From Halocafeteria seosinensis (lineage: Eukaryota), in assembly GCA_001687465.1 (NCBI GenBank), contig LVLI01000214.1:1-64000 (forward strand): 64,000 bases of DNA, given 5' to 3'. The position numbers were made by a program, and so were the translations under genes. Each line of letters starts with the position of its first letter. The first letter of the stretch is position 1. The notes beneath the pieces are model-generated. The model was not told the DNA's origin. It ran no database searches and worked only from the letters and a program-made list of their open reading frames with translations. Positions 39,801-52,004 of this stretch are shown one piece after another.

Positions 39801-41778
39801 TATGCAAAACCTCCTGGGATGCATCATGTCGCTCTGAAACTTGTCGTGCAATTTCAAAGAAATACGTTGGTCTCCTCCTTACCATTTTGGAGAAGAGGTC
39901 GGCTATTGACGATAAGTAGCTTAGGGTCACATACTCCATCTCACCAGTTGCCCCTCTGGAGTTCAGAGTAGAACTAGCAACTTGTTCGAGTAACAGATAC
40001 CAGGTGTTGGTTTGCCAAGCGCTATCAAGTATCTCCACTACACGATTAACGCCATCCTGGCTGAGCAGCAGTGTCGACAGGATACAATTGAGAGCTTCAC
40101 CACCCTTTGCAGGATAATGCTCCGCAAGGACGCTTATCAAATACTGTACGGGGTCATCCTCCAGTTCATCCGCTCCACTGACACAGGAGGGAAATCGGAT
40201 GCCAATGGTCTGGTAGAACCGCGCGAAAACGTTGACGTCATTTTCACCGAGGATACCGCGCTCCTTCCGACAAAGAATGCACGCTAGCATCACTTCCTCA
40301 ACTATTCGGTGCACATCTTCAGCATCTGGATTCACTGGAACAATCTCTGGAACTTCCACTAAACGCATATACTCGTCATCGCTTGCCGGTTCCACATCTG
40401 GTTCATACGCACTCAACTGTCGAAGAGAATCACAACTGTACAGATCCTGAGTCAATCGCAACTGCTCCTCTATTCCCTCGAAATCACCGGTAAATAGCAG
40501 GGACAGATCCGGAAGTAGGGAGCTGGATATGAACAGGCATACATCAGCACATTCTTGAACATCAAATGTAGTCTCAGGGCGGTCCGTGCCCTCACCCTCC
40601 AGCGACAGGAGACTGAACCACGACATGGTCAAGATAAAGCTACGTGATGCGCTGTGAAATCTACAGAGTCGTTTGTGGAAACTAGGTAACTGGTTTTTTT
40701 CTTCCATTGCCAACAATGGATGAGTTTCGCCGGAGGGACCAGACATTGACACAAATAATCGCATAGTACTTAGCAATAGCAGATAGCACGTCGACTCAAA
40801 CCTATTCCTAATACGCTGAGCAATTCGTTCCGGTATCATGGAAACTTGACTGGGAGGGATGTCGAACATAAACTCACTGTCCAATGTCTGCAGAACCTGT
40901 TCGTAGTCATCGATCGAGCAAGTTACCCGGTCGTAAGAAGCAACAACCAGTAGATCCAAAATAGATAGTTCCTCTGTTATCATCTGCTGAGACCAATCCC
41001 GAGCGTGTACTTCAAATAGTTCCACAGACTTGGTCCACCTATGACTAGGGACTGAAGGATCCTTTCCAGTTTTTATGGATTTCAGTTGCAACGGAGAAGG
41101 ATACATCTGATGCTGATACCTACTCAGTATACTCATACATCGTTGTGTTAACGAATCGCCATCAGTTGGCTTCGTTGTGTTCTCCAACTGGTGCAACAAC
41201 GTTGTCACTGGTGTCGTCCCCAAGGTCCGATCTGAATTATCCATGCTGCAGAGACTCTACTCTTTAACTATCGGGCTTTTTTATAACTAATTCAAATCTG
41301 CGAGGATCACTTACCGATATAAATCTTGCACAAATCTCATCAATGCCTTCCTCTCTTTATAATACGTCTCCCAAAGCATTTGGATATGCTCTCGCGAGTT
41401 TTCCTCTGACTCGTGCTCCTGCATGATGCACCACATCTCGAATATCTTGTGGTAGTCGAGAGCAGTGCCTTCATGTTTCAGTATGGCAGAAGCGTCGTGC
41501 AGTAAGCTTCTGATTTCCTCTGTTATCGTAACTTGCTCATTTCGGATAGGATTTTCCAATTTGTCAGGAATCGAGCCATCTTTGGCAGGCTTAAATTGAT
41601 CAAATAGGAGGCAGGTACGCCGTCGAAACTCTTCGTCCCGTATCACTTCATTAAATAAGGTATCCTGTATTCCACGCTCGACACCTAATTCCTCTATGTA
41701 GGAATACAGCCTCTGATACGAGTAGAAATACAGATTTTTAGGGTACTTTTTGTCCTTCTTGGCGTCTTTCCTGGACAT
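33832..41778 (-). CDS. NUP188: Nup188-like alpha-solenoid nucleoporin (about 2600 aa) with an internal EF-hand pair, 2 exons (intron 41314-41246)
   Basis: N-terminal YYKERKALMR motif, and a C-terminal HDTWCLVL…DFVMTHFQVFLSCL…TLRGIQELE segment that resembles Nup188. Leu-rich helical composition throughout. EF loops DVNADGELSSIE and DSDQSDVIEFDE. Confidence 0.6.
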
Positions 41779-42350
41779 CTTGTCGACGTGTTTTAAGTCT
41801 GTACTATCTATTTATCAGGGCTCAATTCCTAGAAGCTGCTAAGTAAATTTTACGTAGCTGTGCAGAGAATAACAACTTCGAATAAAGTATGGTCGTATAG
41901 TCGAGTACTGCTCAGCATTGCAGCTGTGAAGGTGACCTGGAAATCCAGGCCGGAATCAGAATGACAACGGATGAATGATTATCATGGATCAGACCCTTCT
42001 AAAATGGTACACAATGGATTATCAGTCACAACTTTGTGTGTGGTTGTGTGTCCAAGACCGGTAAATAACTCCCAAAATTGGATCGGCAGAGATACAAAAG
42101 ACTGCTCTTGCTTGTACAAGCCGCAGGTGTACATGTAGGCACGGTGACAGTCTGTCAATGACAAATGAGCTATCACGGCATCTGTGTAGGACGTACCGTC
42201 AAACTTTGCTTAAAGTGTGATGTGTGGCCCAGTCCACGCCGAACCTAGAATCGAAAAAAGTAACGAAAACGAAAGGAAGAAAGCACACCTCTCCTTGATT
42301 TCTATTGACGGAGTTGTGCAGCCATCTTAAACTAAACAGCTACCCTAATG

Positions 42351-43401
42351 TTAGACTAAACTACAGGAGTCGGCCGTGGCTGCACTGAGGGTGTTCGTGA
42401 GAGGTTGAAACTGTTGCCACTTTTCCTTTTCCGCCCAACCAACATAAAACTTCTTCAAAGTGACGTACTGATGTACAATATACACACTCTCAGCTGCCAT
42501 CGGCAGTTGCGTTACTTTTTGCTTCGACTGCTGCTTTGGAATTGGAAGTTTGAAGTTAAGTCCCTTGGGTAAGTGGCCGAAGACAAGGAGTCCGGGATAA
42601 TTTAGCAGGCTCTGGTCACCTCCAAAACCGCTTGGTGGCAGTGACCAGTTGCCTCGGAGAGCTGACGCCATCAACTTACTGAAACGGGCTGCGTCTGGCC
42701 TGATAAGAACAACACCAGAATTTGCGATCGTTTCTTGACGTTCAATGAACACCGCTGACTGTCCCGTGGGAATCTCTGTCTGAAACACCCAGGATATATC
42801 TCTCACAGGCCAGGCATCAACGTCCAAGAGTAACACTTTGTCGAACTCTGTAAGCGACCATGCCATTAGTTTTGTATAATGATTGGATAAATGTCCCTTT
42901 AAACGCGGATCGAAATTTTCAAATACTCGCAAGCGGCGTACATCGTATCCATAGTCTTTGATTCCCTCGATAGTGGTTGAAGGTACATCATAGTCCACAA
43001 ACATGACATGTTCAGCGTCCACTCCACGACTAAATGCTTTCATTCCACAGAGGAATCCCCAAAGCGTTGTTTTGGTTTTCCATTTCAGCTTTTTCTGTGG
43101 TCTCTCATAATAAAAAGACACGTAAGCAAATCTCCCCGGGCGGGTAACACTGTAAAGACAACAAAAGCAGGTCAATGCCCGTATGCATTTACGTTGAAAA
43201 GAAGTTGTCTTGCCTTCTATTCGATTTTTGTGTCGTAATATTCATTGCTGAGTTGACTGTCTGCCCCGTACGAGAAGTATAGAGAGTAGAGGAAATCCCG
43301 CCATTCAAGTGGCTGGTGGCGTTTCTGCCCGGAGCCATACACAGAACTCCTATAGCCGCCAAGAAGCACAAAACTCCGAACATTAACTTTCTGCATAACA
43401 T
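42351..43401 (-). CDS. Glycosyltransferase family 8-like type II membrane protein (paralog of 5387-6529), 2 exons (43-nt intron 43192-43150)
   Basis: TKLMAWSLTEFDKVLLLDVDAWPV, NSGVVLIRP, GGDQSLLN and YIVH motifs. It shares RFAYV.yYYE, LW.FLC and NH with the first copy. Confidence 0.87.
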
Positions 43402-43879
43402 TGTGCCCGTTTAGAGTGCTGCACTGACGGGAGATGCGTATCTAATCTCTGTTAACATTTCCACGGTTTAATTGTGAATATGCTTCGCTATTTGCAATCT
43501 CTCATCGCAGTGCTGGTGTGAAGAGAATTCTCTAATATTCTGTCAAATAGTTATGGCGATCATGTCTTTGCAATCTGCTAGTCCATTTATTAATGGCATT
43601 TAATGGACTATGCCATAATGTGCCCCAGGTTCAAGTTGCAGTAACTTGACGTCAAGTTGACGGGCTACGTGATGCTTATCAAAGATAATGTGCTGTATAG
43701 TCCCACCTGTCTATTGTAAAAAACAACTCGGTCAATATACGTAAGTGATTGTAACGTTACTGCGTTTTTAGTATCGTAGGTACGTGTATCACACAGGCTA
43801 TGGGGGAATGCCCTATTTATACCTGGACAAACGTGACCACATCGCTGAGGAACGAATAACGTATTTTGGAAGCGATCAA

Positions 43880-44020
43880 TAGGAAGGGTTCCACCCGTTG
43901 TTACAGCCGTATACCAAACTTTCCAAGAGGTTAGGATGATAACTGATATCGTCATCCACATGGGCAAGCAGAGCGTCGTCTTTCCACTTGTTGGGGAGGA
44001 TCGGATCCAGTTTTCGATCG
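43880..44020 (-). pseudogene. Possible decayed GT-A glycosyltransferase fragment
   Basis: A short frame reads KLDPILPNKWKDDALLAHVDDDISYHPNLLESL (DDD..Y motif of GT-A enzymes). There is no intact ORF around it. Confidence 0.4.
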
Positions 44021-44177
44021 ATACGACGTGGCTTCCGTTGCTCATTGGTAGTTGCCTCAACTCTTGTTGAGACACAGGATATTTAAAGCTGTGGCTGACG
44101 CCTATACCAAGAGTAGTATCGACGTTCCTCTGGAAGTCGGTACGGATATAATAGTATCCGATCTTACAACACCTGAT

Positions 44178-45236
44178 CTAGCAACTCAATTTCGGACGTT
44201 TGTACAACTGATCCAGTCCTATGCTACGGAAAAAGCGCACAAATTGCCCGTCAGTACCAATCTTTCCAGCTCTTCGTATTGTCGTGAAATGCAAGAATAC
44301 CGGTGTATCATTACTACTCCTCGAAAAAGCATTCGCTCTTTCTATCATCTTCCGAGTGGGCCAACCTATGAGCCAAGGAGCCATTGTCGTGACTTTACAC
44401 GTTCCTTTGTGGTAAAGTTTTGTAATTATCGTTTGGTCACGTTGCTTTGCACTAGCTCTTTGCAATTGCACACGGATGTTGGATATACATTCCTCGTTTC
44501 TTGAGCTCCTCGCGACAAGGAACAGTCCCCCATGGAATAGCTGAGCACGCTTTTTGTGGATCTCTTTGAAAAAGAGCACTCCCAGTTCCTCCACAGAGTC
44601 CACACGCTTGGGAAGAGAGTTGACATATCGGAGGAAGGTTCCAATGTCGCCCACAGCAATGATATCAGAATCGATGTACCAGAACTTCTCATATTCTGGA
44701 AAGTGCTGAAAGAAGGAAAATTTCAGGCTCTTAACGTTTTTGCTCTTCCCGTCTAATTGTACGATAACAACATCGGTGTCACCCCACACGAGATCATTAT
44801 TCGGCATCGTCCAAGTAAAGTTCGTCTTGCTCTTATCGGTGAGTAGTTTTATTTTCCCGTTCCATCCGTTCTTTCTAAGACTGGCCACCAGTGCCATTGG
44901 CCTCCAACAGTCATGGAGCCTGCTGTAGACTATAATTATCGCTGTATTGTTCTGGGTAAACTCCCTTCCTGAATACGCAGAAGCACTGGGGCTAACGTTC
45001 ACTCTCTCTGGGGCACCCGAGTAATTGCCGTGTTCGTCTCCATGGCTACTCTGCCGCATCTCGGCAGAGCCACTCGCTGAATGATTTTCGGACATAATTG
45101 GTGGGATTTTGTGGGCAAGCATTGTATTTATCTTCTTTCCAATATCCGGGGTACAGGCAAACCACGTGCAAAGAGCGATTACCGTAACGACACCAACGAT
45201 AGCAAGTCTGTTCATATTTCGACCATCAATGCACAA
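44178..45236 (-). CDS. GT-A fold (GT8/GT77-like) glycosyltransferase, type II membrane protein, intronless
   Basis: TM segment (LAIVGVVTVIALCTWF), KFWYIDSDII (DxD), FHGGLFLV, RDQ and FLHF motifs. Confidence 0.75.
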   Translation of the reverse strand: MCIDGRNMNRLAIVGVVTVIALCTWFACTPDIGKKINTMLAHKIPPIMSENHSASGSAEMRQSSHGDEHGNYSGAPERVNVSPSASAYSGREFTQNNTAIIIVYSRLHDCWRPMALVASLRKNGWNGKIKLLTDKSKTNFTWTMPNNDLVWGDTDVVIVQLDGKSKNVKSLKFSFFQHFPEYEKFWYIDSDIIAVGDIGTFLRYVNSLPKRVDSVEELGVLFFKEIHKKRAQLFHGGLFLVARSSRNEECISNIRVQLQRASAKQRDQTIITKLYHKGTCKVTTMAPWLIGWPTRKMIERANAFSRSSNDTPVFLHFTTIRRAGKIGTDGQFVRFFRSIGLDQLYKRPKLSC

Positions 45237-46171
45237 ATGTGGTTTAGCGGTCGTCGTTCAGAACCTGTTTAGAAACTGGCGTGTCGGCTTTTATGTAATG
45301 TTGCGGTCTGATTGGTGAGCTATTTGATCGTTTTGATGGTGATACAGCTCTCGACACTCGTCGACTGGTTGTATACAGGTACCATCAACCCTAAAGGGTA
45401 TCCATCTAGTGGCACAGTTGCAACGTGAGTCCGATTGCAGTAATTCCTGAATGAATTCATAGTGTTGTTTCCAATACCATACGACAATGGGTCACACAAA
45501 ACTTATTTTTGGCGAATGATGATTGTATATTGAATATTGGCTCATGACAATTGTTATCGAGGAAGCCAAATGTACAGAAAAAGTGCGTAGTCTACCGGAC
45601 TGATTCGGCGACTCATCCTCAACGCGATATGTTATGGTTTGTCACAAGTGTCGTATTAGACGACTCGCAATATAATGTATCTAGATGCGTTGACACAACA
45701 GACAACTCTAGCATCCGCTTCTCAAGCAATTTCGCGACTGGAAGCAGCAGTGTGTAGCCTTGCTGTCGGGGGAAGATCCTCTCAAAGACCATGGGCTGAA
45801 AGATGCTTATCTTGACTGGTTGGCTGCAGATGATCAACTCTTCTGGCAAAGAGTACACCGAATTTGTTTAGTTTCGCCCCGGCAGGAGCGCAGTTGGGGT
45901 GGTGTTTACAAAACACGAAGGAGTTGAGGGTAAGGTTGACCCTCCATTGGAGTTGCTTCACAAAAACATCGTAAAATTGAGAGCGAAGTACTTTAGCCCT
46001 AAAGGTCGTTCCCTAATCTGTGTGGTGTTGCTTTCAGATTTCCATTGAAGAGGCACGTAGGGTGCCGCAGCGGCTTTGGAAGTTAAGCTATTCGGCGAAA
46101 TCGCATTTTCGTGCCTCGCTAGCCAAACTGCGAAACGTGCGGCAGCTACGGAGGAGAATTAGCTTTATGGT

Positions 46172-47352
46172 TCAAAACTGGACACCAAACCTTAACCCCA
46201 GATCATGAAACTGATGTGAAAATGGTCTACTCGAGTGATCTGCTTCAATCCTCATGGCAGTTTGATCGCCCATCCCCGTGTTTTTCCTTGTATCCTCAAA
46301 TATTATGCTGCTGCGCATTTTATAGTGCTCGACTAGATCGTCGGAAGGGTTCATACTACTGCGCACTCTTTCCAATGAACGATCAAGCAGATAATGTTTG
46401 CCTTCAGCTGAGCGTATCATTTCCTGCTGTATTCGCCTCATGGCATGCTGATATCCGGCTCTAAAAGCTGATCTTGAAATATTGCTGCATTGGTTCCCGA
46501 TACTTTCTTCTGAGACTGTGAAGTGACGCCCACTCTGTTTGGCCCTGAACTCCCTACCGTTGGAGCACATAGCACTAGAAGTTGTTGTGGAGCCATTGAA
46601 CTGATCACGGCCTCTTTTGTGACCAGTAACATTGTTAGTCCCCTCTGCCATATGTCCATGTGACTTGCGCATCATGGCTTCCCGCTTTAACGCCACCTGC
46701 AAAATCGAATGCAACAGCTTAGAACGATAGGCCATCAAAGGGATAAAGTAGCAAACTTACTGCAGCTCCCAGGAGATTCTTGAATCTCCTTTCACCTAAA
46801 AGCTTAAAACTCTTCAAAAGAGTCTTATTCCCAGCTACATATGACCCTTTCATCAGCCCTAGTGCCTGAATATACATCATATGCAAAGTGAGCCTCATAG
46901 GAGCCACCCAATCAAATGAGACAGGGAAAACGTACTTGTTGGTAGGGCTGCAGCTTCTCTTGAGACAACGATGGGCTACAGCATACCCTGTGGATAGCTT
47001 TTATGAACAGTCGATAAGCTACAAAAAAATCAGTGGAGTAAATAGCCTCCGTGACTTTTTTCTGTAGCTGTCTTTCCCACTCGTCTTGCTGGTTTTTCAC
47101 ATGAAGCTGCAGTGTTGCTTCCATATCAGAGCTTCCTTTCTTGGGTGAATGAGTTTTTTCGTGGGCATCGCTTGCGTCTGATGCTGTGCTATGTTGGTGT
47201 ATTTCCTTCACTTCTTGATTGTCCTCGTTTTCAGCATCCGACAGATCCTCGCTCAGATTTACGTCGTCTTCATCTCCACTGTATTCATCTTTACGATGCC
47301 ATGGAGAAGACTGCATGTTAGCTGGATCCTTGAATGTAGATGCAATCATCAT
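46172..47352 (-). CDS. Hypothetical protein, probably 3 exons
   Basis: Three consecutive minus-strand ORF segments are bounded by GT…AG sites. Acidic N-terminus followed by helical segments. No family recognised. Confidence 0.55.
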
Positions 47353-47558
47353 CGTTCGAGCAAGCAAAATTGCGAATGCGGCGACTGCAACAACAAAGTT
47401 ACTTCATTGACTTCATACACGCGTGATTTTGAAGTTTTTGCTGTGCTTCAAGTTTGGCATTTGAATTGAAGTTTTGAGCAAATATTCAAAGAATTACAGC
47501 GTACAACTTCTGCACACCCACGATATGTCATATTGTGTGTGGAATACCTATTTTCTTG

Positions 47559-47587
47559 TGTATGTATGTATGTGTGTGTGTGTGTGT
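47559..47587. repeat. (TATG)n/(TG)n microsatellite
   Basis: tgtatgtatgtatgtgtgtgtgtgtgtgt. Confidence 0.85.
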
Positions 47588-47663
47588 CTATGTCGGCATG
47601 ACTGGTACAATAATACGATCTTTTGGCGACACTAGTGTCTTCATTTCTAACATCTGTACTAAC

Positions 47664-49621
47664 CTACTTACTGGATTCTGTCATTCTGACTGCTCGCCGC
47701 ACCGGCCGTCTTGCACGGGAGATGGGAATATACGTGCTAGACGGCGGCACCGGTCGCTTGGATTCAGAGGAGCTGCTTGCGCTTGATGTGCCAGCCGTAG
47801 GTGTGTATACTCGTGCGGCTGCAGCGAAAGACTGAGCGGAACTAGCGCGGACCGAAACACGCTGGCGTTTCGCTCGTGAAAGACTCGCGCGTGTACGCTC
47901 TTTGGACTGCTCCTCCTGCGGAGGTTTGGTTGGTGCAGCTGAGCTTACAGCAGAAACTTGCTGTATCTGAGATGTTTCAGCACCATCACTTGACCTATGA
48001 CTGTCGCTACTCGATTCACTTCGTTCTCGCTTCTGGGCGCGGGCAAGTTTTCGTTGGTATGCGTAAAACCGATTCTTTACCTGCGAATCAGAACGCCCGG
48101 GGAGGTGCTTAGAGATTTGTGCCCACTTATTACCGAGAATTTTCTGTTGCTCAAAAATATATCGATCTTCTGGAGATAGAGAATAAAAAATGAGACTGGT
48201 GAGGTGTTTAGTTTCTTCGGTCTTAGCAAACTTCTTACCTTCGGGTGTGAACTCCTCTTTATTAACCTCCATTAAATGGTTATGATACCTTTCTCGGCAC
48301 TGTTTAGCTGACCGTTCCTTCATATACACAGAGATATCCACCCAACTAAGTTGCCTAGTGTCATTAACGAGCTTTAAGAGTAGATTGTCCTCCTCCTTTG
48401 TCCACGGTTTCTTCTTTTTTCCCCGACAATATTCCCCGTGACTATGAACCTGTGGTAATACTGCAGATTCTCCCCCGTCCGGTCGTTTCCTTTCGCCAGC
48501 TATCCTAGGTGACTTTCGTGGTGACTCTCCACTCTCGGTCTGCCTTCGGCGTGTCTTCAGTGGGGAGCTATTCCTGCTTGGATAGTGCCCTATCTTACCC
48601 CATAAATTGAAAGATATAGGGTTTGAAGATGAGTGCTCTAGCCTTCCGCTCCAGCTACTGGCCTTTTGTGATATTGCCAGCTCGACATGAGGTCGGAAAT
48701 TGGTGCCGATATTGTAGCAACCCTCGACAGACGATGGAGGTAGAGAACTTTGATTTCTATAGCAGAATGCACTGACATCCGGATTGAAATGAAACTCCTC
48801 CATATTGAGCGCACATGCGGGAGCTGCGAGGCGGTGGAAACCCCATTCTTTTGGAAGACATGGATAACCGGTAGTTTCCCCGCTACTTACATGAATGAGT
48901 CTCACCAAAAATCCCAAAAGGAGTAGTATTTTCATGTTCCGTCCTTACCCATTGGGTATGCGGGCTCAAAGTTTCCGTGGAGTATTTCGTTAGAGAGAAT
49001 TCGCTGTTAGTAGGTGAGCTGTTGGAACTCCCTTGGAAACCTGTGTTCCCCAGCCACGCTGAAGTCAGGTCATGCATGAAGAGACAGTGCCTCTGGTAAG
49101 TACTACTTACTGGTAGCAATATCAGAAGGAATGCTAATCCTGTGACAGTTCTGCGCACTGTTATTCTTTCCATGGGTTGCGGAATGTTGCCCGATTTCCG
49201 GTCTTCCTGATGCCAGCGCCCCACTGCTGCTCGCGCTGTCCAGATGAGAGCCCCCGCAGAGATAACCTGACGGTAGAGAGAGAACCCCTTTATAGACATC
49301 CTCGGTTCCGTGGCTTATTAGTTCATAGTCCACGCTATACGAGCTTGACTGTACTGGAGTGTGGGGTGACGCAGGCGTTCTGGCTTCACTAACTTTGTAT
49401 GTCCTGCCTCTTCCGCGGAAGCTCCTTTGAGTACTTGCGGTTGGGTGTCGGGGAGGCAGCTTCGACGGTATTGTACTTGTAGCTCTGCTGCTACATAGAG
49501 ACAATGAAACGCTGGGCTGTTTGGACTCATACGTATTCTGATGGACATCCATGTCTTGTGAGTTACTGGACGAGTCCACCGGTGTGACGCTACTGCTGAG
49601 AGAACTGGACGTCGTTGACAT
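47664..49621 (-). CDS. R2R3-type Myb transcription factor with Ser-rich flanks, multi-exon
   Basis: KKPWTKEED…SWVDI…RSAKQCRERYHNHL…FTPEEDRYI…LGNKWAQISKHLPGRSDSQVKNRF after removing intron 48238-48170. The 5' exon boundaries are approximate. Confidence 0.88.
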
Positions 49622-52004
49622 CTTCCGCGTTCTTCGTTGCACTCTTACTTGCTCTCTAGACTTGATTCCAAGCAGCGTTTGCGCTGCGTAGTGTCCTTTC
49701 CTGGTTATCACTTCGTTTCAAACATCCGTAGCGACCCCGCATGACTGGTTTTTGAGTTCATGTCTTGAGGTCCTAGACTACCTGTTACAATACAAATAGA
49801 ACGACATCACATGATAAATATAAATTCTCTAAAATCTGGGGGGATAAAACCAATTATATAACAGGAGACTAGAACCGTGGAGGGAATAAACTACGCGCGC
49901 GTAAAAAACGCCTTGCGGAGGACACCTTCACAAGGTGCCAAGACAGACACACGTTTATATTCCACCCCTCGAATTACCCAGCTCCAGTACAACAACAGGT
50001 CCAAAGTAAGCACAACGTATGGAGCCATCGAGTGCTCCTTGGGCAACATGAAAGCTGTGAGTCGCTGGGCTCTGAAGGCAAAATTTCTTCCACCCGGAGA
50101 TGTTATCACTAAGAAGTCCGCCACTGGATGTCAGCCAGTCTCATTCTTCTTCTTCCTGACCACATGCTCCTTGTCTTTCTTTCCCCCCTAAAGGGAAGTC
50201 ATAAAGGAGTCCTATATGACTTGACACAGTGAGTCAAGGGCCTCATACGTGTGCTCCCTAGATCGCAACTAGATGGCAGACTGCCTTCAAAAATTACGGA
50301 CGTTTACCCACCTCGTTAGTTATTCAGTGCACAATGATTCCCTCCTCTTAGTTTCCCTGATTGGGCGCTTCCCGAGATGCAGATAAACTATACTATACTA
50401 CCACTGCAAGTGGGTTTAAAGTCTAGCGGGCTGAAACCGGCACTAAACGGCAAGTCCGATTCGTCCGACTCCTCAAGTCATTGACCCAGAACTTCACAGG
50501 CGCGTTTTTTCGTCAGCAGGCTCCTGAAGAGCAAAATACAATAGCCTGCATTAGTAAAGGATTGAACAAGTGTGTATGTTCTCGTTTCAGGGTCTGCGTC
50601 GGTACGCGGTTCATCCCCTGTGAAGACGGTGGAGCGGTGTTGAGTCATACAGAGGTTGCTTCCTCCGCACACTATCATCCTCAAAGGTTTCAGCCAGTCC
50701 TAAACCACCATGCTAAACCCTAAAACTCAAAACCTCAGTCCACATACGCAAATTGCTCAAACAATGGATAAAATTCATGAAGAGCTAGACGAATGGTGCT
50801 TTGGTTCATCGGCCTGTCCATGAATGATCACGGTTTCTCGATATTCTGCCCACTCAATTTGCAGCCCATACTTGGGACAAACGCTAGCACTCAACGAAAG
50901 ACTAAAGAAAGGGAGTGGGAGTCATACAATTACCGGTGTGTGGATCCTGAAACTCGGGTGCGTGCAAGAACCCCGAAACCGATCTCACGCCCATTCAATA
51001 GTAAAGGGTACAGAAGAGGAAAATCACTGTCAATGTTCCACCACTTACTCTAAAATTGCCTTATCCCGGAGCCCCTTAGTTTTCGAATAGTGGCGTGCGT
51101 TCTACCGATGCTCGGCCCGAGTTGCTGTTCCGATGGTCTACAGTAGCAACATGTGCAGAGCTCACACAGATTGTAGACTCTGGCGGCTCTTTAAGCGAAA
51201 ACAAAACCGTCTGTTATGATTCTCTAATATTAAATAAAGCTTTCAATGCCAGGAAGCTTACTATCTCTACGGCCTTGTCCGTAAATAAAGTCGCCCTTTT
51301 GGCCGAACGCTGGCTCTCAACTCCGGAGTGTGATCCAGCTATGCAATCCCCCTCTTATAACTTCTTAAGGTAGCAGATGAGAGTAATGAGCAATACATTA
51401 CCCGTAAACTCCTTGTGCAAACTGATGTCTCCCAGAGTTTACACTGCCCAAAGCTCAACGCAAGCACCGGCAAACGGTAACGTCCCGGAGCTGTAACTGT
51501 GCTGCTGGCAGTATGAAACGCCGCACTCTCAGCACCCTTCCATACCACGTCATGATGTACTTAGAATAGATGGGTAATATACAAGTGTCGACGAATCCTC
51601 CCTCTACGGTAGAGAGTGAATATATTGCAGCGCGGCTTACGCGGTTGACTCAGCTTGAGGCAAGATATGAGAGCTACTATGCCCGGCAGCCCGGGATAGT
51701 ATGCCGTACAATATACAGCATGAGCTAGAGCTTTGTAAAGGCAGATTTCATCTTTATAACATTGTAGGAGAGTCAGCTCTATTCTCAAATAGTTGCTCCA
51801 CATCACCAACCCTCTGTCTACCAGGTGAGATTTTGTTCTCTAGCATCGCACTGCCAAATGAAGACAGATGCAACAAAATTGCTCCACTTTACTCGCCAAC
51901 CTATCACTCCATCAAGGAGACATACACAAGAGAAAATCCTGAACGCGCAAACAAAACATAGAGATGAAGCAAACAAGCCGCGAACCCATCTCTGGCTGCC
52001 TGAA

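Noticed and set aside
18546..41244. Many short antisense and alternate-frame ORFs within the USP and Nup188-like genes
   Set aside because: They are shadow ORFs of long coding regions with no recognisable motifs.
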